Of a stretch of DNA of 64,000 nucleotides, positions 9,826 through 17,989 are shown in pieces. This DNA comes from Planctomycetota bacterium (GTDB lineage Bacteria > Planctomycetota > UBA8108 > SXIK01). The notes under the pieces are model-generated. The model saw only the letters and a program-made list of their open reading frames with translations. It made no database searches and was not told the origin of the DNA. Each line of letters begins with the position of its first letter. The stretch's first letter is position 1. Where the stretch lies: the NCBI GenBank assembly GCA_965223845.1, contig CBDCXR010000004.1:1600001-1664000 (forward strand), read 5' to 3'. The translations under genes were made by a program, and so were the position numbers.

Positions 9826-11376
9826 TCAGTTCTCGAGCGCGCCCTGGTCGATCCAGCGCCGGAGCGTCGCGATGGCACTTTCGGGCAGCGGATCGGGGCT
9901 CCCGAGCGGCATCCGCGAGCGCGCGCGGTCGAAGTCGGGGTTCGATTCGTCGACGCGGCGCATCAGGTAGCTGCCGGCGCTGTCTCCGGGCACGACCGTC
10001 GGGGGCTCGCGGGTGTCTCCTCCCGTGATCACGAGCGAGCGGTAGCTAGCGAGGTCGAGGCCTCCCGAAAGGGTCTCCGCCGAGTGGCAGAACCGCTGCG
10101 AGCACCCTCCGCCGTTCGGAGGGGCGAGGTCGAAGATCGGGCGGACGCTGAGCGACCAGCTCGCCGGCGTCCGGACCGACACTTCTCGCGTGTTGGTGTC
10201 GCTGTTGTCGCTCGCGTCCACGGCTCGAACGACGACGAAATAGAGTGTGTCGGGTACGAGGGTTTCGACCACCGCGGCGTCGGTGCCGACTACGGTCAGC
10301 GTGGGCGCATCGAAGTCCTGGCCGCCCGAGACGAGCGCGAAGAAGAGGTCGTACCGGATGTCCTCGCTCCGCGTCTCGTTGTCCGTCGCCTCAGTCCAGG
10401 CGAGGCTCGCGCGGGTCGGGAAGGTCGGGTCGGTCGCTGCGCTCTCAAGGCCGTCGAAGGATGGGGGGATCGGGTCGCAGCGGTTCTCGGGCGGCGTCGT
10501 CACTTCGACCGAATCCGAGAGCGGGCTCGAATTGCCGATCGCGTCGACCGCGGCCACGGCAACGCGGTAGCTCGTCGCCGCACTGAGTCCCGAGACGAAC
10601 GCGAAGGTCTCGCCCGGCGGCGTCAGCAGTGCGGCCTCGTCCTCGGGGAGCGGGGTGTCGCTCGGCGCGACGAAGATCCGGTAACGAATCTCCGCCGGAG
10701 GTGAGTTGTCGTCGACGGAAAGAGTCTCCCAGACGACGGAGATCGCGTCGCAAGCGGTCGCGTGGGCTGAGATCGTTCCGCGAAGTCGCGGGATCTCGCG
10801 GAAGGTTTCGTACTCGAGGGGAAAGACGAGCTCGGGGGCGCCGGGTTCCGGCTCGACGGGGGCTCCGTCGATCGCTGCGATGTCGTCGCCGATCGTGAGC
10901 GAGTAGGTCGCATCGGCGCGGATGTCGTCGACGTTCGGCCTCCAGACTAGGACCTGCTCCCCCGGAACGGAACCAGCTTCGAGCGAACTCCGTCCACTGA
11001 CGAGTGCACCGTCGCCGAGTTCTCGCAGCTCGAGCGGGGAAGAGATCGTCGTCCGGTCGAGCTCGCGCGGAAACGTGAGTCGCCACGCGAGCTCCGGGCC
11101 GAGTTCGATGCGTCCGGCCGGCGGTGAGATCGCGCGGACGAAGAACGGTTCGAGTTCGGCGGGGCGATCGCGAACGGTGATCGTCTGGCGCACTGAGCTG
11201 TCGCATCCCGCGCCGGCGACGAGGGAAACTCCCAGCACCGAGACCGCGAAGAATCTCGGAACTTGGACGCGGATCCGGTCGCGTCTCAGGGGCGCGACGG
11301 TGCTCCCGCCCGGCCTTCGCCTCACGGCTCGTACGTGACGATCCTCGCGGCCGCGCCCTCGCTCATTCATGGCCAA
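9826..11376 (-). CDS. Putative lipoprotein: Ig-like (Big_5-like) domain + two fibronectin type III repeats + C-terminal planctomycete-type cytochrome c domain; start uncertain
   Basis: VAGAGC lipobox, LTFPRELDRTTI...YSLTIGDDI Ig motif, two FN3 repeats (GLSAATSYRVAVAAVD; LVPDTLYFVVVRAVD), CSQRFCH...GGLDL...VVPGDSAGSYL...RMP...WIDQGA. Confidence 0.75.
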   Translation of the reverse strand: MAMNERGRGREDRHVRAVRRRPGGSTVAPLRRDRIRVQVPRFFAVSVLGVSLVAGAGCDSSVRQTITVRDRPAELEPFFVRAISPPAGRIELGPELAWRLTFPRELDRTTISSPLELRELGDGALVSGRSSLEAGSVPGEQVLVWRPNVDDIRADATYSLTIGDDIAAIDGAPVEPEPGAPELVFPLEYETFREIPRLRGTISAHATACDAISVVWETLSVDDNSPPAEIRYRIFVAPSDTPLPEDEAALLTPPGETFAFVSGLSAATSYRVAVAAVDAIGNSSPLSDSVEVTTPPENRCDPIPPSFDGLESAATDPTFPTRASLAWTEATDNETRSEDIRYDLFFALVSGGQDFDAPTLTVVGTDAAVVETLVPDTLYFVVVRAVDASDNSDTNTREVSVRTPASWSLSVRPIFDLAPPNGGGCSQRFCHSAETLSGGLDLASYRSLVITGGDTREPPTVVPGDSAGSYLMRRVDESNPDFDRARSRMPLGSPDPLPESAIATLRRWIDQGALEN

Positions 11377-11514
11377 ACTCGACTTCGAAGACGGACGAAA
11401 CTCCAGCGGGCACCCGGCGACTACGGCGGATCCGCTCTGCGTCCGTCCATTCTACCCCTCGGTTCGGGCCGCGCGCCTCGCTCGCGCACCCGGGGGCGAG
11501 AACGGTAGGGGCAC

Positions 11515-11561
11515 AAAAAAACGTGGGCTCCACGGTGGGAGGGGAGACCGTGGAGCCCACG
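11515..11561 (-). terminator. Rho-independent terminator of the DUF1800-DUF1501 operon
   Basis: Perfect 15-bp stem CGTGGGCTCCACGGT/ACCGTGGAGCCCACG, loop CTCCCCTCCC, then T7 on the minus strand. Confidence 0.88.
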
Positions 11562-11677
11562 ATATCGCGGGTCACTGCTGAGACCCGGAGGAGGGATGCC
11601 CAGGTATCGGCGCGATGCGCCCCTAACCTGGAGCGAAACTCAAATCGCGGGATCGCGCGTAGTGAAGCGAACCGAGG

Positions 11678-13036
11678 CTAGGCCATGAAGCCGAGCGGGG
11701 TGAAGTCGCTCGAGTTTTTGAGTGAGTCGTACCCGGGGATGGTCGAGTCGAGGTTCGTGTTCCCCATCCACGAGAAGATCTCGGCGAACACCGAGCGATA
11801 GTCCGTTCGGTGCGCGACGTACTTCCCGTTCTTGCTGAAGAGGTCACCCGACGACCAGGTGGTCGAGTCGCAGTTGTAGACGCCGCCTTGGACTCCGCCG
11901 CCCGCGACGCACATCACGGTCGCGTACGCGTGGTCGGTGCCGCCGCTCCCGTTCTCCTTCGACGTGCGGCCGAACTCGGTCATGGTGCAAAGCACCAAGT
12001 TCTCCCACTGGTCCTGGAGGTCACGGTAGAGCGCCTGGAACCCTTGCGCGACCCGGGTGAGCAGATCGCCGTGGGAGCCGTAGGTCCCGCCTTGGCGCGA
12101 GTGCGTGTCCCACCCGCCGATGTTCACGCCGAGGACGCGCACGGGAGTGCGCTTCATGAGCATCGCGACCTGGAGGAGCTTGTCTCCGAGGCTTCCGCCC
12201 GGATAGACCGCTCCGTTCGACGGCGAGTAGGGACCCGCCGCGACCGCTTGCTGAACGACGTTGATCGAATCGGCGAGCGTGAGGCCGGTGCCGTAGACGA
12301 GGTCGCGGTACTTGCGACCCGGGTAGTCCTTCGGGCCGCCGAGGACGCCGAGGAGTCCTCCCCCGTCTGCTCCGCCCGGCGCCGACGGGAGTGCGCCGAG
12401 GAACTTGCGCACGCGGGTCGAGCTCCCCGAGAACTTGAAGTTCTCGACGTTTCGCATCGTGGGGATGGAGTTCGCGCCCTTGAGGGCGTCCATCGAGTTG
12501 CTCGTGATCGCCGCCGCGAGGAACGCAGCGGGATCCTGTTTCCGCAGCTCTTCGACGTGACGATAGATCATGCCCTCTTCGTGATCGCTCCGGGGCATCC
12601 CGTTTTCCCAGTAGAGCTGACTGTCGAAGTGCGACTGCGACTGTCCTTGGTAGCCGACGCGGTGAATCACCGCGAGGTTCCCGGGGCCGTCGACGCCGTT
12701 GAGGGCGCTGTTGTTGTAGATCTCCATCATCGGCTCGAGCATCGGGTGAAACTGCGCGAAGCCGTTGCCGAGGTCCGTGCCGTTCGCCGTGACGTTTGCT
12801 TCCGGAATGTAGATCGTCGGCCGCGTCGTCGTGTTGTAGTCGGCGTCTCCGCGCGGAATCACCGTGTTCACGCCGTCGTTTCCGCCGCGCTGGAAGATGA
12901 AGATCATCTTCTTGTCAGCGAGTCCCGGCGCCGCCGCGAGGTGGCGCTGAAGCATGGTAGGCATGAAGGACGGCATGCCGAGCGCGAGCGTCGAGAGTCC
13001 ACCCGTCTTCAGGAACGTGCGTCGGTTCCAGTTCAT
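11678..13036 (-). CDS. DUF1501 domain-containing protein, Tat-exported
   Basis: NRRTFLK Tat motif, IFQRGGNDGVNTVIP, SHFDSQ, GGWDTH, TEFGRT..ENGSGGTDH. Confidence 0.92.
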   Translation of the reverse strand: MNWNRRTFLKTGGLSTLALGMPSFMPTMLQRHLAAAPGLADKKMIFIFQRGGNDGVNTVIPRGDADYNTTTRPTIYIPEANVTANGTDLGNGFAQFHPMLEPMMEIYNNSALNGVDGPGNLAVIHRVGYQGQSQSHFDSQLYWENGMPRSDHEEGMIYRHVEELRKQDPAAFLAAAITSNSMDALKGANSIPTMRNVENFKFSGSSTRVRKFLGALPSAPGGADGGGLLGVLGGPKDYPGRKYRDLVYGTGLTLADSINVVQQAVAAGPYSPSNGAVYPGGSLGDKLLQVAMLMKRTPVRVLGVNIGGWDTHSRQGGTYGSHGDLLTRVAQGFQALYRDLQDQWENLVLCTMTEFGRTSKENGSGGTDHAYATVMCVAGGGVQGGVYNCDSTTWSSGDLFSKNGKYVAHRTDYRSVFAEIFSWMGNTNLDSTIPGYDSLKNSSDFTPLGFMA

Positions 13037-13089
13037 GGATTCACCTGCTGTGTGGTTCTCATGGTTCGTGTTCGTTCGCCGTCGAGGTG

Positions 13090-16000
13090 CTACTGGAAGT
13101 TCCAGAGCGGAAGGCTCAACAGGAGTCCGACGAGCTCGCGAACGCGTCGCTCCGCGTCGGTTCGTGCGAGGCTGAACGTGAGTGGATTACCGCTAGAGTC
13201 CGAGTTCAGGAACTCGATGAGCTGAGCTCGGTTTGTCGCCGGCAGCGACCCCTGATAGAGGAGTCCGCTGAAATAATCGACGACGGCCTCGGCCGTGGTG
13301 AGACCACGTTCGGCGAGGAACGAGTCGGTGTCCCAGGTGTAGTCGCGATCGCCGTTGTCGGCGAGTTCCCGCGCGAATTCGATGCGAGAGAGCATCGTTC
13401 CGGTGTCGATCCAGTCGAGGCCGGACTCCGACCAGCCATCCGGCTCGTCTCGAGTGAAATAGTGCATTCCCATCTCGTCGTTGAGATCCGGGAGATCGTT
13501 CCCGCTCGAAATCCCGTCGAGGGCGCGGAGCGAGCTGTTGATGAACTCGAGCGGTGTCTTCACCTTCGCCCGGAAATAATCGGGGGCCCAGAACGGAGAC
13601 TCCTCCGCAAGGATCGCCTGCAAGACGGTCTCGATATTCCCCTTAGGCGTCGTCGAGTTCCATGCGGCGATCGCGCTCGCGAGAAGTCCGACGAGCTCCG
13701 GCGGGGCGGTCCCGTTCTTGTAGCTCGTCAGTGTCAGGTCGTCGGAGACGAACTTCTGGATGAGCTTGATGCAGATGAACTCCGCCGTCGAGGGGTGCTC
13801 GACGAGCGCGTCGATCACTTCGAGTGCGTCCTGGAGACCCGCGGCGCCCGTTCGACCGGATGGCACGTTGATCTCGTACGGGGTGTTGTTGAAGAGCGTC
13901 TTCGAACCGGTGTTGTGCTCGTCCGCGTTGAAGCGGAAGGTCCAGATTCCCGACGGATCGCCGTTCTCGACGCTACCGGGAAGAACCTCGCGATCGAGAA
14001 GGCGCGGACGCATGGTGAGATCGGAGCTCGAGATGTCGGTGTTGTGCACCTGAATCGCGAGAACGTTTTCCCCGGGCTCGAGGAGGTTGATCGCCCGCTG
14101 GAGGTTGAAGTACTCGGCCCCTTCGCTAGCCTCGTGCGAGTCGGACTCCTCGTCGAACGCCGGCGGGAAGCCCGCGTCTTCCATCGTTTCGCTTCGGGCG
14201 ACCTCCGTGCCGTTCAGGTAGCAGACGAAACCATCGTCGTATCTCACCTCGAGGATGAGGTTCCGGAATGCGCCCGGATCGTCGACGGTAAACGTGCGAC
14301 GAAGGTAGACCGACAAGTAACCGTTCCTCATGTCGGAGAGGACGGTTTGGTCGTCGCTGTCGCCGTAGCCGATTCCGGTCCGCCCGTCCGTCCAGGTCGA
14401 GTCGTCGAAATCAGGCATCGCCCACGCGGTCGTCGCGGCGCCGTTTTGGTCCGGCGTGGGCTCTTCCGTGCCCTTCAAGTATTTCCAACCGGATCCGATC
14501 CCGAGGAACTGCGTGTCGTCGAACTGCACGCCGCACTCGACCGGTGCGTTCCGCGCGCTCTCCGGGAAGCTCTGGACATCGCCTGGCGTCACCTTGCAGA
14601 CCGTCCAGCCGGTGAAGGCCTCGGCGAGCTCCTCGATGTCGCGCTGCGTGTACCGGTTGTCGACGCCCATCGCGTAAAGCTCGAGCACTTCGCGCGAGTA
14701 GTTCTCGTTCGCGTCTCGCTTTAGATTGAGGACGTTGTCGAGGTAGATCAGCATCGTCGGGCTGGTGGCGCTGTAGAGGAGCAAGTCGCCGAAGTTTCCG
14801 AGCCCATTTTCATAGAAGAATTGATACTCGAGATACTCGAGCTGGGCCGCTTCGCGCTCCGCCTGAGCGAGATCCATCGCGTCGGTCGCGTCCGAGTTTT
14901 GCAGCTCGTCGAAGTACTCGACGATCTTTTCGTAATCGGTGCAGAAGTGGTTTTCCCAGAAGTCGGCGAGCACCGACTGCAACTGCCGGCGGGAGTACAC
15001 TCCGCGTACGTGGATCAACTCCTGAAGGCTCTCGATTCCGTCGATCGTCGTGATCGGAGGGACGTCGAGTGACGCGCGATTGAGAAGAGCCGGGTTGAGC
15101 GTGAAGTCCGAGCTGCCGAGATTGACGTTGTGGCCGCTTACGGCGAGCACGTTGACTCCGTCGACGAGGAGATTCTTCCGCGCGGTGATGTCGAAGGTCT
15201 CGGCGCCTTCGGCTTCGTGTCCCTGTGACGCCGACCGGTTGTAGGTCGCGCTCCCCGAGACATTGCGGCGAAGCACTTCCGTGCCGTTCAGGTAGGCGAC
15301 GAATCCGTCGTCGTAGTCGATGCTCAGCATCAGACGATCGACGTCCGCGGGATCGACCGTGAACTCCGTCCGGATGAAGCAAGTGAGGAAGCTGTCTTCC
15401 ATGTCCGGAAAGGGCGTGAGATCGTCGCCGTCGCCGTATCCAAAACTAGCGAGGCCGGAGAGCCAGGCGCTGTCGTCGAAGCTTGGCTGGGCCCAGTCAG
15501 CCGGCGGCGCGGTCGTCCCCTTGAAGTAGCGCCAAAGGCTGCTCGAGGCGACGATCGGCACGTCCACGGCGGGCTGATATTCCGTGAAGAGTGCTTCTTC
15601 ACGCGACGTGAGCGCCGTGTTCGCCGATTCGTCGATCGACTCCGGCGCGAGCTGCTCCGCGATGTATGCGTCGATGCCGACGCGATCGATTTCATCGAGC
15701 TCCGCCTGCGTCGGTCCGTAGGCGATGCGGTTCAGCAAATGTCCGGCTTCCGATACGTCGACTTCGACCTGCTCGCAGCCGTCGAGCTCGTACGCGAGGC
15801 AGCCGATCGCGTCTGCCGTCGGATCCGGGCCGCACTCCTCGTGACCGGGAGCGGGCGGGGGAGGACCGTCGGCGAAGAGGAAGAGGAGCGTGTAGAGGCC
15901 GTCGGAGATGTCGACCGCGCCGTCATCGTTAGAGTCGGCGGAGTCGTCGCAGCCCACGGGGCCCGCCGACGTAAATAGGCTGTTGAAGATCGCCAGGGCG

Positions 16001-16194
16001 TCGCTCACGTTCACGTCGCCGTCGGCGTTCGTATCGCCGCGAATGAAGTTTCGATCCTGCGCCGGGGCGACCTCGCAGAAGAGTGCGCCCGCCAAGAGGA
16101 CGAGGACGAGCGGAGCGATCTTGATCGAACGTGCGCTCTGCCCAGCGACCCGCGGCGAAACCTGCGCCGCCGAGGTCGAGAAACACCGACCCAT
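13090..16194 (-). CDS. DUF1800 family protein with N-terminal dockerin-like domain and two inserted beta-sandwich repeats
   Basis: HLLNRIAYGP, FWENHF, MLIYLDN...NENYSREVLELYAMGV, YTQRDIEELA, HPSTAEFI, KVKTPLEF. Dockerin FIRGDTNADG...DSNDDGAVDISD. Start set at ATG 16194 after a GGAGG RBS. Confidence 0.88.
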   Translation of the reverse strand: MGRCFSTSAAQVSPRVAGQSARSIKIAPLVLVLLAGALFCEVAPAQDRNFIRGDTNADGDVNVSDALAIFNSLFTSAGPVGCDDSADSNDDGAVDISDGLYTLLFLFADGPPPPAPGHEECGPDPTADAIGCLAYELDGCEQVEVDVSEAGHLLNRIAYGPTQAELDEIDRVGIDAYIAEQLAPESIDESANTALTSREEALFTEYQPAVDVPIVASSSLWRYFKGTTAPPADWAQPSFDDSAWLSGLASFGYGDGDDLTPFPDMEDSFLTCFIRTEFTVDPADVDRLMLSIDYDDGFVAYLNGTEVLRRNVSGSATYNRSASQGHEAEGAETFDITARKNLLVDGVNVLAVSGHNVNLGSSDFTLNPALLNRASLDVPPITTIDGIESLQELIHVRGVYSRRQLQSVLADFWENHFCTDYEKIVEYFDELQNSDATDAMDLAQAEREAAQLEYLEYQFFYENGLGNFGDLLLYSATSPTMLIYLDNVLNLKRDANENYSREVLELYAMGVDNRYTQRDIEELAEAFTGWTVCKVTPGDVQSFPESARNAPVECGVQFDDTQFLGIGSGWKYLKGTEEPTPDQNGAATTAWAMPDFDDSTWTDGRTGIGYGDSDDQTVLSDMRNGYLSVYLRRTFTVDDPGAFRNLILEVRYDDGFVCYLNGTEVARSETMEDAGFPPAFDEESDSHEASEGAEYFNLQRAINLLEPGENVLAIQVHNTDISSSDLTMRPRLLDREVLPGSVENGDPSGIWTFRFNADEHNTGSKTLFNNTPYEINVPSGRTGAAGLQDALEVIDALVEHPSTAEFICIKLIQKFVSDDLTLTSYKNGTAPPELVGLLASAIAAWNSTTPKGNIETVLQAILAEESPFWAPDYFRAKVKTPLEFINSSLRALDGISSGNDLPDLNDEMGMHYFTRDEPDGWSESGLDWIDTGTMLSRIEFARELADNGDRDYTWDTDSFLAERGLTTAEAVVDYFSGLLYQGSLPATNRAQLIEFLNSDSSGNPLTFSLARTDAERRVRELVGLLLSLPLWNFQ

Positions 16195-16456
16195 GTGCGT
16201 TCCTCCGATTCGTCTGGAGTCGCCGTCCCCGAGGAGACGGCATGCGAAGACCACAAGGCGAGATCGATTCACCGATCCGTTAGGGGAACAGGCGAGCTGC
16301 CCGCGCGCTCGAATCGATGGCGATTTCGCGATCCGCGACAGTTGACCGCCCGCGGACTGGTTCCTCCCCGTTTTTCGAGACTCGTTGAGTGGCTCCCGCT
16401 CATGCGGCAGCCGCGGCCGTCCCCCGAGATCTCTGCCCAGACGAGCCGAAACCGAC

Positions 16457-16462
16457 ATTATA
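16457..16462 (-). promoter_or_regulatory. Candidate sigma70 -10 box (TATAAT) upstream of the DUF1800-DUF1501 operon
   Basis: Perfect TATAAT on the minus strand in GC-rich intergenic DNA; -35 is weak. Confidence 0.45.
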
Positions 16463-16550
16463 TCTGGACCCCGGGGGAGGGGAAGAACGCTTAACGCCGT
16501 TCCGTGTGAAGATTTAGCGGTGTTCGCACGAGCCGTGCGCGAGTCCGGGC

Positions 16551-17219
16551 CTACGAACCGGCTGGGAGGGTCCCATCGTCGCCCGCGTCGGTGTCGGCAG
16601 CGGTGCGGGGCATCGACTTCAGCCGAATCTCCCGGCGGATTTGACGGGTGAGGTTTTTCCCGCCGCCGCCGCGATACCCCGCTCCCACCTCGAAGCCGTA
16701 GCGAAGTTGGCGCGCGGAGATCGCGGGGTGGAGATTGCCGGGAGCACCCACACCGAGCGCGGGGATCGCGAGCGTCTCGACGGCGGGCTGGCCCGCGGCC
16801 TGGTCGGCGGCCAGAGCGCGCACAGCGCCTCGAGCGCAAAGGGCGGCGTTCACCGTCGAGGCGATCGACTGCGGCGTTCGCCAGAGCGGAGCGTAGATGA
16901 GAGCTCGACCACCGTACCGTTCGACGAGCGCCTGTCCGACCAGCATTTCGCCGGCGAATTCCGAACGAACGCGCGCCCGGAGCTGATCCTGGAACTCGAG
17001 ACCGAACCGTTCCGAAGCACGCAGCTCGAAACCGCTGTCGAGGAAACCGAACGCGTTCCCGGGGACGACGAGCGCGTCGACCTCGGTCTCGAGAGGATCG
17101 GCGTCGCGGATCTCCACGTACTCGCAAGGTGCGAAGCGGAGCTCCCACGCGGAGCGCACGTCGGCGTCGCGATCGGCGAGAATGAGCCGTACGGGCAGAG
17201 TGGGGCGTTCTTCCTTCAT
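16551..17219 (-). CDS. Macro domain (Appr-1-p processing-like) protein
   Basis: VDALVVPGNAFGFLDSG, MLVGQALV, LIYAPLWRTP, LAIPALGVG...ISARQL match the 'SPANSFGFMDGG / APTMRVP / PGLGTG' macro subfamily. Confidence 0.8.
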   Translation of the reverse strand: MKEERPTLPVRLILADRDADVRSAWELRFAPCEYVEIRDADPLETEVDALVVPGNAFGFLDSGFELRASERFGLEFQDQLRARVRSEFAGEMLVGQALVERYGGRALIYAPLWRTPQSIASTVNAALCARGAVRALAADQAAGQPAVETLAIPALGVGAPGNLHPAISARQLRYGFEVGAGYRGGGGKNLTRQIRREIRLKSMPRTAADTDAGDDGTLPAGS

Positions 17220-17461
17220 GATGGCTTCATCGAGCTAAATTCGCGCAAGAGGGTGAAACCTGCAGCTTAACCCGGAGCTCTTGCGGGATTCTACTGTCGG
17301 ACGCAGACGCGGCTCGAGTTCACCAGTCGCCCGTCCGGATCTCGGCGCAGCGATCGCACGGGGCTGCGGTACACTGATCCGCCTGAGCGCTCGACCGCAC
17401 TGGCGGAGGCCGAGCGACCCGCACCTCGAGCTCTTCGAACTTTACTCCAGCGCGAACCATC

Positions 17462-17872
17462 ATGCCGACAGACGCATCGAGCCTTCCGAGCGACTACGAG
17501 GGACTGCAGGGCGACGTTCGCTCCCTCGAGCTCCCCCCTCTCGAAGTGTGGGAGAATCAGTATCCCGACCGCGACTATCGGATCCGCATCGAGATTCCGG
17601 AGTTCACGTGCGTTTGTCCGAAGACGGGACTCCCCGACTTTGCGACGATTGCGATCGAGTACGTTCCCGATCGATTCTGCGTGGAGCTGAAGTCGCTCAA
17701 ACTCTACATGCTCGCCTTTCGGAACGTCGGCATCTTTCACGAGCATGCCGTGAATCGCGTGCGCGATGATTTCCTCGCTCACATTTCACCGCGGTCACTC
17801 GAGATCCATGGTGACTTCGGAACGCGAGGCGGAATTCGCACGACTGTGTGCGTGCTCTGGCCGCAAGACTGA
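17462..17872 (+). CDS. queF: 7-cyano-7-deazaguanine reductase (preQ1 synthase), unimodular type
   Basis: EFTCVCPKTGLPDFATI, QueF motif ELKSLKLY, FHE, RGGI. Confidence 0.96.
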   Translation: MPTDASSLPSDYEGLQGDVRSLELPPLEVWENQYPDRDYRIRIEIPEFTCVCPKTGLPDFATIAIEYVPDRFCVELKSLKLYMLAFRNVGIFHEHAVNRVRDDFLAHISPRSLEIHGDFGTRGGIRTTVCVLWPQD

Positions 17873-17989
17873 CGGAACGGGCTCGTTCCCGTTCCCCAGT
17901 CCCGCTTCTCGGCGTTCGTCTAGCGTCGGCGCGGAGCGTCACCGTGAGTCGTGAGCGGGCGAGGACGGGAACCGGAGACGCCGAGTCGT

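Noticed and set aside
16195-17148. N-terminal extension of the 1352-aa ORF
   Set aside because: Arg-rich non-coding-like translation that overlaps the macro-domain gene. The RBS and signal peptide support ATG 16194.
16551-17872. Macro domain + queF as a DarTG or Dpd (7-deazaguanine DNA modification) defence locus
   Set aside because: There is no darT, dpdA or other defence gene nearby. queF is ordinary tRNA queuosine biosynthesis.
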